DNA of 64,000 nucleotides from Ruditapes philippinarum (lineage: Eukaryota). A model generated the notes under the pieces. It saw only the letters and a list, made by a program, of their open reading frames with translations, was not told where the DNA came from and searched no databases. Location: positions 186,001 to 250,000 of the forward strand of contig NW_026853905.1 in the NCBI RefSeq assembly GCF_026571515.1, in the 5' to 3' direction. The position numbers and the translations under genes are program-made. Shown here piece by piece: positions 52,011-64,000 of this stretch (positions are counted from its first letter, which is position 1; each line of letters opens with the position of its first letter).

Positions 52011-53311
52011 TGTGGGACATTTGCTGTCACTTGTTTATTAATAAAAGAGAAGCAATTCCACTTATTGCAGCGCTGTAAATTACACCTGCACTCAACTACA
52101 TTATTATTTAGTATTCTTAATTAAAGAAAAAAGCATTATAAGAATTTTTGTTCAATGTAAGTCGTTGAAATTTGTTTTTAATCCTTCGACCTTGATGAAA
52201 CAAGGGGAAAAAATTATTATACTTTTGCTATTCTACAGTTTTTAATGAATGATTCATGTCCTAGACCTAGGGTTTTCAGGTTAGTATTGGTCTGTTTTTA
52301 GTTAGATACTAATCCCTTGCAGGTGCATAGGTAGATTTAGTACCTATGTTGTTATGGTTGCTGATTTCAAATTACTTGCCTCCTACTATATTGTGTTGAA
52401 TCTTGCAAGGAACTTTGGATTCTTTCATAACAGAAAGTCAGTGATTCCACTCCTGAACCCGCTTATGTCTGAAATAATGAAAAGCTATTGTTTTATACAG
52501 TTGATATCATAGTACTTTCAGAAATGAAAACTTTATATACTTCTTGTTTTTCAGTGTTTGGAGCCATTGTGTACTACATTATCAAAAGATACTGAGGTGG
52601 AGATATCTGTGGATACCAAGTCTATAAGACAATATAGGCTGAACTGACTGAAGACAGTCCAAAGTTTTGAACAGTTGCTTAAAGCTACATATTCTAAACA
52701 GTTGCTTAAAGCAAACAGAATTTAAAGATGTCTTTATTTAAAAGAGGGTACACATGAAGACAGGGCAATACATAAAGGTGATTTATGCAAAGAAAGTAAT
52801 GTTACATATGTGATAGTACTAGTAGATAGTTTATTACTGCAAAGCAGCATTCTGCTGGTTGATTAGTGTAAGGCCTCGGAAAGTTCTATGAACTGTGATT
52901 TTAGTGTTTTTGTGAGCAGTTCGGACTATACAAAAGTAGTCGGCAGATTAAATTGATGTACGGGAGGTCGCAAAATCTTAATTATGTCAGTAGGCTATGT
53001 GTGAGGATAGATACTTCTTAAAGACTTGAACCTCAAAAAACAATATGTGGTAAACAATGCTGGCATGGTGCTCAAGACTAAAAATTCATACAATTATGTA
53101 TGTTCTGGTTTGAATTATGTTAATTTAATATTTTGATAAGACAGTTGAAGCTGTGCTTAAGAAAACAAGTGATTGCAGAGGTCATGTCAGACATCCATTT
53201 AAAAGGATACATCAGTGTTCTTAGAGGTATAAAACTGACTTCCATGGTCAAACAGTGACCCCAGCGAGCCAAGTGTAATGGATCAGCAAAGTTCAAGTCT
53301 TTAAAATGGCA

Positions 53312-53530
53312 GGGTCTTCTTGGCCAAGTGGTTAAGGTTGCTGACTTAAATCACTTGCCCCTCACTTCTGTGGGTTTGAATCCCATCTCAGACTTCAGAT
53401 CATTCTTTCCAAGTGAGGAAGCTATGAGTATCAAGGGTTTAAGGAAGGTTGAAGGTTCAACTCTGGTGCCAGATTGTGCCTGAAATAATGCACAAAGTAG
53501 CACCTGAATCTGAGGTCTGCCTCCACCAGT
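53312..53530 (+). mobile_element. tRNA-derived SINE, same family as 21113
   Basis: tggccaagtggttaagg...tcacttgcccctca...gggtttgaatccc...tgcctgaaataatgcac...cctccacca. Confidence 0.72.
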
Positions 53531-53649
53531 TATGTATGACCTAGGCAGTGTTATAAAGGATTTACTTATAGCTGTTTTACAATGCAAAGTATAAATTTCA
53601 GATAAGTTTACTTTAACCTTTTACCCCATGAGCAATAAGATTACTTTAA

Positions 53650-54277
53650 CCCTTTACCCCATGAGCATATTGCGAAAAATGGCCGTTTTCATTGAAAAGC
53701 CTCCTGTAACAAGTTCAAACTGCTATGAAACTATGAAAAATGCTTCAATACTGGTGAAACTTGGCCCAAATGTTGACTACACCATAGCCTGCCTCTGTAA
53801 CAGCATGCTCAATCGTAAATTTCCTGTTACCATGGCAATGGGGGGATGTCTCAAAATTGCCAAAAATCACTATTTTGCATTGTTTTTTTCCATCAAAACT
53901 GATTTCAAAGTGCTTCAATTAACTTCTCAATGAATTGAGATAGAGTAAAAGGCTTTTCAGCGTCGGTTACTAGTTACCCTAAGATCGACCTGAGGCCATT
54001 TTTAGCCTGTCACATGTCCAAAATTTTCTTGGCGATGAGGGGGACTCCGCCCCACTTCAAACCCCCCAAACAGAAGGGGGCTCATCCCCCTTCTGGCAAC
54101 CCCCTGATGTAACATTTGGATGGGGGACGGCGCCGAAAAAGTGGTCACTTTTTTAACAACATTTCTCAAACGAAAACCAGTGTTTGGGGCCTAAATAGGG
54201 CATTTCTTTACTGTTTGAGGCCTAAAAAGGGGGGGGGGGCAAAAAGCCGTCAAAACACGCTTATTTGAGGGAAAAGG
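53650..54277. mobile_element. piggyBac-like non-autonomous element (TTAA-flanked) with duplicated left end
   Basis: TTAA 53646-53649 then ccctttacccc...; right end gagggaaaagg then TTAA 54278-54281. A 33-bp copy of the left junction lies immediately upstream. Confidence 0.6.
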
Positions 54278-55168
54278 TTAATTATTAATGTATGTTTTTT
54301 TAAATATGACTGATTATTCCATTATACCATTTTGAATATTTGACAAAAAACTTTTAAATTTTGCTTCATGTAGGGTGCCATGGTGCCCTTGGGTACTAGT
54401 TACTTATAGAGCATAAATAAATGAAATAGGCTTTCATTAGGCCTTTTTTAACTATGGTAGTCTTTATGTAGACTTTTTCCATCTAGAGTATTTCGTCATA
54501 CCTTTTTCATTTGATTATTTGTTAATGACATATTTATTTTGAATGTTTCATGATTTTTATGAATTTGTTTTGTTTTATTGTGAAAAATATTGTTGCTTGT
54601 TTTGATTACATCATGATCATGAAGTGAATTAGTTTGTTTTTTAAGCTATGAAATTTATATTGAAATTTCTCTCAGAATAAAATAAATCTGGTGTATGATC
54701 AGATAATTTTTGCTTCAGTTATTGTTGTATATTGTGCAGGTGGTTATCTCCCTTATGCTAATATGTTGTACATGCCAAAAATAATTTCATGTTCAAACAA
54801 GACCTGTTGCAAGGGATGGCACATTTGACTTTTTATGCTCCCAAAAGGGAGAGCATATAGTCGCCGCCTTGTCGTACCAATGGGTAACAGTAAATTCTCT
54901 TTGATCCTATTCATTCCATTTTTACTTGTGTGTCTTTTTCTAAGCCTTGTGTGACTAAAAATGGCTAAAAAGATCAAAGGAAAGCCACATAAGTACCATT
55001 TCGTAAGTATGTCCGTCCGTCTGTCCATTGTTGTCTTGTCCGGAGCATAACTTGAAAACCCTTGGAGATAATTTGTTTTAACTTCACACAGTGGCAGAAG
55101 GCATTGAGGTGGAGTGCAGTGACAAAGAACCATAACTCTATTATGCCCCATTTTTGAATTATCTTCCC

Positions 55169-56000
55169 TTTTTAGCTCGACTTTTCTATGAAAAGGGGAG
55201 CTATCCTACTCGCCCCGGCGTCGGCGTCGGCGTCACACCTTGGTTAAGTTTTTCGTACCACCCCACTTTATTTCAGAAGTATTACAAGTATGGCTTTGAA
55301 ACTTACCATACTTGTTCACCATCATAACCTCCATCTACAGACAAGAGTACATAACTCTGTCAAGGTTTTTGACAGAATTATGGCCCTTTTTTGACTTAGA
55401 AAGTGTATTGAGCTTGGTTAAGTTTTTTGTACCACCTCACTTTATTTCAAAACCATTGGAGGTATTGCTTTGAAACTGACCATACTTGTTTACCATCACG
55501 ACCTTCATCAACAGACAAGAGGACATAACTCTGTCAAGGTTTTTGACAGAAATTATGCCCCTTTTTGACTTAGAAAATACATTGAATATGGGTAAAATCC
55601 ACTTATTGCCTTAACCCTTTGAGATATTGCTTTGAAACTTTTAATGCTATTTCACATCATTACCCCCATCTGTACGCAAGAGAAGGTAACTCTGTCAAGG
55701 ATTTGTTTTAAAAATTAAGGCCTTTTATCGACTTAGAATTAAATTTATTTAAGGCTCAACTCAGTTTTTTTTTCTTTCTTACCAGCCCTCTTTTGACTTA
55801 AACATTTCAAAACTTTGCTGCAGTGTTCAAGGGTATCACACCAATTCAGTAAAATAATTTCACTAAAATATTTCTTAATGCTCATGGCCATTGTTCACTT
55901 TAAAAATACAGAGATTCTTGTATTGCCTTTTACTGCAAAAACTTTTTTTATTGGCAAGCAATAAAAAAGTCGAGCGCGCTGTCTTACGGACAGCTCTTGT
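55169..56000 (+). mobile_element. Nested HINE, twin of 29960-30929
   Basis: Interrupts the host unit between ttatcttccc and ataaaaatcttgtcc. Has its own subTIRs gctcgactttt / aaaagtcgagc and 3' hairpin. Confidence 0.88.
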
Positions 56001-56158
56001 ATAAAAATCTTGTCCGTGACATAACTCTAAAACTATCAGAGATATCAACATGAAACTTTGCTACTTTTAAGGTAGACAGGTCACAATGGGTAGATGGGCA
56101 GTGCACAAAAACTTTTAACTCTGCCTTGCCTAATTTTGGAGTAATTGCCCTTTGTTCA

Positions 56159-57075
56159 TTTTTATGCTCCCCGAAAAATTTCGTGGGGAGCATATAGTCG
56201 GCGCCTTATCCGTCTGCCCGTCCGTCCGTCTGTTGTCTTGTCCGGAGCATAACTTGAAAACCCTTGGAGATAATGTGTTGAAACTTCATACAGTGGTAGA
56301 GGGCATTGAGTGGGGGTGCAGTGTCAAAGAATCATAACTCTATTTTGCCCGGTTTTTGAATTATCTCCCCTTATAGAAAAATCTTGTCCGGGGCATAACT
56401 CTAAAACTATAAGAGATATCAACATGAAATTTTGTAGGTGAATAGATCTCAATGGGTAGATGTGCAGTGCATAAGAACAATAACTCTTTTTTATCCTAAT
56501 TTGGAGTTATTGCCCTTTGTTAATTTTAACACTTTGAACTTTGTCCGGAACATAACTCTAAAACTATAAAGAGATATCAAGATGAAACATTGTAGGTAGA
56601 TAGATCTCATTGAGTAGAGGTGCAGTGCAAAAAACCATAATTCTGTTAAGCCTCATTTTGAATTATCTCCCCTTTTAAGAAAAAATCTTGTCCAGGAACA
56701 TAGCTGTAAAACTATAAGAGATATCAACATGAAACTTTGTAGGTAGATATATCTCAATGGGTAGATGTGCAGTGCACAAGAATCATAACTCTGCCATGCC
56801 TAATTCTGGAGTTATTGCCCTTTGTTTATTTTTACTTTTTGAAGTTGTCGGGGACATAACTCAGAAATCATAAGAGATATCATCAAGAAACTTTGTAGGT
56901 TGATAGATCACATTGATTAGAAGTGCAGTGCAAAGGCCAGTAACTCTGCCTTGAATAAAATTTTGGAATTATTGAACTTTTTCCAGGGACATAACTCTGA
57001 AACTACAAGAGGTGTACTTTCCTGTGTCCAAAACCTATTCGGGGAGCATCACCTGGCTCAAACCGGGCTCTTGTT
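56159..57075 (+). mobile_element. Nested family-A HINE inside a family-A host
   Basis: Starts tttttatgctccccgaaaaatttcgtggggagcat, ends ggggagcatcacctggctcaaaccgggctcttgtt. Interrupts the host unit between ttgccctttgttca and atactttgaactttgtcc. Confidence 0.85.
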
Positions 57076-58999
57076 ATACTTTGAACTTTGTCCGGAACAT
57101 AACTCTAAGATTATAAAAGATATCAAAATGAAACTTTGTAGGTAGGTAGATCTCATTGGGTAGAAATGCAGTGCAAAAGAACCATAACTCTGTTTTGCCC
57201 CATTTTTGCATTATCTCCCCTTTCAGAAAAATCTTGTCCGGGACATTACTCTTAAACTGTAAGAGAATATCACCATGAAACTTTGCTACTTAGGTAGATA
57301 GGTGTCAATTGGTAGATGTGAAGTGCAAAAAACCATAACTCTGTTCATCTCCATTTTTGAATTACCTCCCCTTTTAGAAAAATCTTGTCCAGGACATTAT
57401 ATTAAAACTATCAGAGATATCAACATGAAACTTTATAGGTGGATAGATCTCAATAGGTAGATGTGCAGTGCACAAGAACCGTAACTCTGCCTTGCCTAAG
57501 TTATTGCCCTTTGTTTAGTTTTACACCTCGAACTTTGTCCGGGACTTAATTCAAAATTATAAGATATATCAACATGAAACTTTGTAGGTAGATAGATCTC
57601 AATAGGTAGATGTGCAGTGCACAAGAACCGTAACTCTGCCTTGCCTAAGTTATTGCCCTTTGTTTAGTTTTACACCTCTAACTTTGTCCGGGACTTAATT
57701 CAAAATTATAAGAGATATCAACATGAAACTTTGTAGGTAGATAGATCTTATTGGGTAGAAGTGCTGTGCAAAAGAACCATAACTCTGCTCTATCCCGTTT
57801 TTGAATTATCTCTCCTTTTAGAAAAAAACTTGTCAGGGACATAACTCTAAAACTATAAGAGATATCAACATGAAACTTTGTAGGAAGATAGATCTCATTT
57901 GGTAGATGTGCAGTGCACAAGAACAGCAACTCTGCCTTGCCTAACTTTGGACTTACTGCCCTTTGGTAATTTTTACATTTTGAACTTTGTCGGAGACTTA
58001 ACTCTGAAACCATAAACGGTATCAATAAGAAACTTTGTAGGTAGATAGATCTCATTGATTAGAAGTCCAGTGCAAAGAACAGTAACTCTGCCTTACCTAA
58101 TTTTGGAATTATTGCACTTTGAACGCTGTCCAGAGATATAACTTAACTACAAGAGGTGTACTTTCCTGTGTCCAAAACCTATTAGGGGAGCATCAGCCGG
58201 TTCAAACCGGGCTTTTGTTTATACTGGCTAGTAAATAACTCTTAACCAGGAAAATAATTTTATCATGAACATATTGTTTAAATAATATTAGTGGAAAATT
58301 TAAAGTGTCTGAACTGTATTGTACATCTGTGACATAGCATGAATGTTATTATTAAAAAATATATATTAATAATTATTGTATAACATTATTATTTATTGTA
58401 TTACAAACCTTCCATTATAGATTTATTCACTTCAAACTCAATACTGCAGAAACAGAGCTTAGCACAGCTGAGCTTGATATGCATGAAATATCATTATGAA
58501 ATAGCTGACAGAAAATCTATAGAGTATACTTAGCATAGTTTAGCGTGATAAAACTTAACATAATCACTGACAGAAAATTCAAAACAAAATCATAATTGGC
58601 ATTTAAATTATCATTTAATATTAATAACAGACAATGTCAAAAAATAATGAAAGAAATCAAGTAAAGGATTGATTGTCAGCTTTGCTTTTAAAGCTTGCAT
58701 TACCAAGTGAAATGGAATGTAACAGTTTTCTTAAAAAAATCCACTACTGACAATTGTTGTTCCAAAAATTAAACAAACTGATGTACATTTTAAATGTACC
58801 TGGAGCTATAATTATCACATTTCATATTTTCTTTAACCCTTCATTCTGCTGTCATGTCGTTATGTCATGTTTTAATTGTATTGAATTTATCATATATACT
58901 AGTCATTTGCATGTGCAATCAATTTTTAGACTGCTACAGGGTGAAAATAAGTTATATTGTTTAAGAATGAGTCTTTAGTTAGCACATTGTTTTATGACA

Positions 59000-60953
59000 T
59001 TAAGAACAAGCAGCTTTCTGATGGAATAATCCAAGTTGGTTCACTATTATAAACATCAGTATTGCACCAAGAGCTGACCCGGCCTGGGTAACTATACCAC
59101 ACCATAGAAGCGCCGATCTACCTCTCAGCCGAAGCACTGTTGCGATGCTAACCTTGGCAAATGACATCAGACCACAAAATAAAACAAACGCTATCACCTG
59201 TAAAAAACAAAAATATATACATGTATAATGAAGTTTTGATTATTATGATTTGGATTGATCTCCTAATAAGAAATATATGTACATGAAGACTTGAAATTTG
59301 TTTAAAAGATTTGTTGAGAATGAATTTGAATTATCTCTTAAAATGTTTGGTGCATTTTTATATCTACAAAGATTTTTCTAAAGACCTAATGATATTCCCA
59401 TCTCTCACAATGCTGTATTGTTCATGTTGCTTATATACTTTACACTACCATTGCTTCTTCAACTCTTGCAAATCTGATTTTTATCAGGTTCATATAAAAA
59501 ACAAAAAAAATTAACGCAAGCCTGCAAAGGATCACAGCTAACACTATTCATTAAGATGCATTCAGTAAATGGATTGAATATTTATCCCTTACTATAGTCC
59601 ATCTTTCAATGTAATATTTTTAGGGAAAATTAAAAAATACAGACTAAATACTAGACCAGTGCAGAACATGATCAGATGACACAGATCAATGAGCTGACTG
59701 TTATTGGTCTGAACTCACAGGTTGCATAGGCAGATTCAGTTCAATGCCACCAGCAGGGTAAACAATAATGTTAAATTTTGATTAAAATGACAGGCAGAAA
59801 ATCATAGTTTACTACTCACTATGGTAGCTGCACCGATATCTTCTCCTGCCATTGGTGGTGTTGGACTGCTGGCAGCTATGACCAGAAGATATATACCAAT
59901 ACAAAAACCAGTAATTGTTACCCCACCTATAGCACACATTGACAAAACTGGCAAGAAAAATGCCACAAGGCATGATAGTGGATTGGCTATATTTGATAAT
60001 GTTACAGAGAGGTGGAACGCCTCATTCCCGTAGGGTATTGTTGCATATGATGATATAGATGGTAAAACGCCATTGGTTAATGCACTAATAAATCCGATTT
60101 GGACCAAAAGAAGAAGAAATTTATGTCTGCTTATAACCACTGACTGGTTTGTAATTGTGACGTCACACTGAAGTTCACTTTCCTCATTCCTGAACTCACT
60201 ATAACTGTATGACGCCGAGTCAGCATTTATAAACCTACATTCACTAGAAATATCTGTATTGACAGAAGCGTGCTCCTTTTTACAATATGGTAGATAATGC
60301 AGGAGTGAGAAAGCTAGCCCACAAATAACCATTATTGAGAACAGGAAGTAGAAAAAATCCTCAACAGGAAAATGTGGAGGAGAATATTCAGCAACAATTT
60401 CTGTTTCGTTTGTTGTAAGGTTGACTGTTTTATTTACACATATTGTTTTCCCCACACCTTGACCTATTGCAAGTAGACTAGGTACTAGGCCACTTAACCC
60501 TTCTCCTATGTACAGAGCGGAGATGTATTGCAGTTTGAACTTTGACATGTATGGTAAAAACACCACAGATGATGTGCAGTCAACTAAAGAAAGAAGAAAG
60601 GTTGAAAAAAGTAGTCCTGTGCTGTGTTTAACTCCGCCTATGTAACTTGTATCCTTCCAGAAAAACACCAATAGTAAACAAGCTGTCATTCCCATGACAA
60701 CGATGATGAACACTCCATGTTTCTCATTGAATTTTTCTGGTGCAGCTTTGTTCACAAGTGTGTAAAGCAAAGGTCCAATATTAGCAATTTGGGTAATTAT
60801 TGTGATGTATGATGGGAGGTTCCAGCCTTCTGCTGATTGGTCGACTAAGATAGGTAGCTCCACCCACATTCCATTGACCGCCACCCATGATCCCAGTCCA
60901 AACAAGATGACCAGGATGTAGACTGGTATCTTAACATCAGGAAAACAGCTCAT
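59000..60953 (-). CDS. SLC52A3: Solute carrier family 52 riboflavin transporter, 2 coding exons, ~443 aa
   Basis: Exons 60953-59820 and 59197-59000 (phase 0). Motifs FGLGSWVAVNGMWVELPILV, EGWNLPSY, QIANIGPL, VDCTSSVVFLPYM, GEGLSGLVPS, NGVLPSISSYA, LLWCGIVTQAGSALGA. Acceptor near 61010 implies an upstream 5' UTR exon. The family is secure; the paralog number is not. Confidence 0.93.
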
Positions 60954-63780
60954 CTTTATACTGCTATATATATCTCTGTCAACCACATCAAACTTAGGTA
61001 ACAGTCTGTCTGAATGAAAAAAAAGGTAAAATAAATAAAGTAGTCCATTATTATCATCATCATAAACTGGATAACTAAGTATCTTGGGAAAGCGAGTCAG
61101 TACCATGCACAGCATGCTTAGATTAAGAAAATGCAATTTTTCAGACCTAATTTTCCTCATTAGTTGAAAATAAACAATACTCACACAGATATGCATATCA
61201 AAAAAAAATAGAAAAGGAAAAAAAAAAACATTACAGTAATCATGAATATTTTAAGTTATAAATTGTAAATATCTGATATTTACAAAGTATGTTGGAGTAT
61301 TTATGTTAATACACTTTATAAACTTTATAAACATACATATGAAATTTCAACAGGAGTTTTTATGTACATAATGTGTATAATGTATCTGTGACACAAAAAT
61401 TATTTCAACCTTTTAAAGTTTAAATACCTTTAAAACCACCATGTGAAATTAGATAAATAACTTAATTTTAAAAATAAGCAACTGCTAATAATGTATGTAT
61501 AAATATCTTAAATGTAAAACTTCTTTAGTGCATAAAGTTCAAATAAGGAACTTAAACAAAATCTCAAAATTGTAGTGTAAAGATATATTAACCATTAGTC
61601 ACTCAACAGTTCATACATACAATTATATTGATATATTTTTTTACGTCTGGGTACCTCTTGATTTAAATCTTAAACTATTAAAAAATCAAAAACATTATAC
61701 CTTATGTTAAACTCCATTGCTGCTGTGGTGTTTTATATAATTTCACAGTATATTTATATAACATGTACAATATCCATAGTTCAATGAATAAGGCTATTTT
61801 TAGAACACAATTATGACAAATGTAAAATGGGGAATGTTTGTGAGGACAATTTTTTTTATCAAATAGATCAGGAAGAAAACGTGACCCTATTCATCAGCAC
61901 TGGTTTATCTTATGTTGGTAACAGGTCTCTAGGTTATGAAATACATGTATATATCTATGATAACATATTTAAATTGATTGGTTAATTATGTCACAGCTGT
62001 CCATTAACTTTATTGTTTAATGTGATGACAAGTCAGAAAACAATACCTTTTTATTGTCATCATATAATATATTATTGTAGAATCAGTATCATGATAAGAT
62101 AAAATGTTTTAAAGGCACATAAAGCCTAATAAAATGAATACTTTTTTTCTTGTTGTGAGATAGGCAAAAATGTGTTTTATGAATGTTGTAGATAATTATA
62201 TGAGATACCTATCATCAGAAAAGAAAAATGGATGTGAAATACTCTGTTATAACGGCAGAATTTAGATAATGTTTAAAATTATTGCCACGAAAGGTGGTAT
62301 TGTTAAGTTTATATTGAATTTTCTTGCGTACACAAATTTATCTCAACAAATTGTACCTTAGTTTACAGTAATTGGAGATAATACAGTTAAAGCAAACATG
62401 AATCATTCAGGGGTTAACTGTTATATGTTAATATTGGCAGGTCATTTATCTCTCAGTCATTCACAGCCCTCTTTCTTTTACTTTGTGACAATTGTAACAA
62501 AATGTGAAATGTGAACAATTAAGGGGAGAAAGGACTTTAATTTTTTCTTGCATGGTTTAATCAATGATGTCTGCTCAGTCTGACTATATTACAAATGCAA
62601 AATAATAAAAGCAAAAAATTAAAGCTATCCTTTGCAAGAATGCGCTGTGTGATGAGATCAGTGTTTATTCTCTTACATATAATGGACAGTTTGAGGAGTT
62701 TCTCTGTGACATAAAACATGTTCTCTATTGTTTTAAAAAAACACAAATGTATCAATCCATGCATTCCATGCAAAAATTGAAAATTACTTGCCTCCATTGT
62801 TAACTTACTGGACACTAATTTTGAAATAACTTCCTTTTTGAGTGGGAAAAAGGAAATACATGAAGTTAAAAAAACATGATATCCATGCTTTACTGTCTTA
62901 TTTTATGTTAATGTCCAGGAATGTTAAAATATCACTATTGGTTATATGTTTGGGACTATATAATGCATATGGGAATAATTATAAATTAAAAGTAAAAGTA
63001 TCTGTCACTTTGTCTTTACATTCAGTGATTATTGTTTTCCCCATCATAATTATGATTACATCTTTACAGTTTTTCATTATTTAACTGATAAAAAACTGCT
63101 GTTTTTTTTTTAAAAAACAATGAAATCAAACCAGTTCAACTGGCTACAGTTTAAATGAAGGGGAATAATCTTAATGAAATGACAGCAATTCATCACAAAT
63201 CTACGATTATTGCACATGATCTTATGCGTTTATTTTTCTTTGTTAATAACATTGTACCAGAAATGAAGAAGTGTCTATTTCTGTAAAATATATACTTGTA
63301 TATACATGATCACTTTTATTGGAATATTGAAAGAAAGATAATTATGTTTTGATATTGCTTAATGTTACTAATGTTCCTTATAATGGACCTTTCAGGTTTT
63401 TCGTAGCGGAACATTTAGCCACACCTTTTCCATTCATTGCTAGGTCAACTGCTCACAAACAGTATCACAAACATAAGCATGTGCTCTTTTGTGCAAACCA
63501 GGTCAACCAGTGACTATGTATTATCTCAGAGTAGCGATTGGATAACAAGTTAGCCAATTTACATAAAACTGTAAACACCAGAAAGGTCCATTCATTAAGC
63601 CATCAACAGTGTATGTTTCATCAACTTAAGATAAATGCATGGATCCTTGGCATCTGACATTTTTAAGGATGCCACTGTTTCTGAGCCATGATTGTTTAGT
63701 ATGTTTCTGAGAGTAAAATCACACACACATTATACAAACTAATGTTAAAGTTTTCCTGTTTACAGACAGTCACTTAAAAC

Positions 63781-64000
63781 TAGGGCTGGGAACGAATAAG
63801 GAATTTGATGTTCGAATATTCGTTTTCCATATTCGAATATATTCGAATATTCGTTTTTACAACATTTGTACCAATATTTCTCTTTGACGTATACGTATCC
63901 GATATTGATTGCGTCGAATACTGTACAATTTTAATATGTTTGGGATAATCGACGATTAAAAATAACTACGTAAAAGTTTTTTATTTTATATATTGTAAAT
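63781..64000 (+). mobile_element. Left end of a hAT-like MITE, truncated by the window edge
   Basis: tagggctggg terminus followed by a subterminal array of attcgaat(attcg) repeats. Confidence 0.55.

Larger units (their letters stand above)
54830..58219 (+). mobile_element. Outer HINE-like element (family A) hosting two nested HINE insertions
   Basis: 5' ttttatgctccc...gagcatatagtcg and (gtcc)n; ~150-160-bp units; 3' ggggagcat, hairpin ccggtt-ca-aaccgg, end cttttgtt. Confidence 0.85.

Noticed and set aside
54753-58055. ORFs in the HINE complex, and similarly 2656-3039, 30771-30971, 38234-38503, 41257-41460, 42327-42712
   Set aside because: Chance frames through satellite units and microsatellites (RTDG repeats from gtcc); no Rep or helicase motifs.
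60954-61196. 81-codon N-terminal extension of the 464-aa SLC52 ORF
   Set aside because: Family similarity starts at MSCFPDV (60953). The extension crosses a polypyrimidine tract and acceptor at ~61010, so it is intron plus 5' UTR.

Overview
AT-rich (roughly 30% GC by eye), intron-rich animal genomic DNA. The repeat content (pearl/HINE-like elements carrying ~160-170 bp satellite arrays, tRNA-SINEs, MITEs) suggests a bivalve mollusc; this is inference only. I rebuilt seven spliced protein-coding genes by hand with GT-AG boundaries and consistent phases: CCDC97 (-), WDR92/DNAAF10 (+), AK7 (-), a FAM89/LURAP-domain gene (+), RNASEH2C (-), an orphan ~115 aa single-TM gene (+) and an SLC52 riboflavin transporter (-). 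Six of them form three head-to-head pairs. Main non-genic structure: (1) at least five families of Helentron-associated (HINE/pearl-like) satellite-carrying elements with one shared architecture, including a nested complex at 54.8-58.2 kb and twin copies with swapped interiors; (2) two Mutator-like insertions with intact TSDs that split the CCDC97/WDR92 bidirectional promoter; (3) MITEs with uncommon 5-bp and 6-bp TSDs; (4) a 30-bp minisatellite just 3' of CCDC97 that is open on both strands; (5) apparently overlapping antisense 5' ends of AK7 and FAM89; (6) a perfect 34-bp intronic palindrome. I found no prokaryotic features, CRISPR arrays, rRNA or intact tRNA genes. All coordinates were counted by hand and could be off by a few bases for degenerate repeats.
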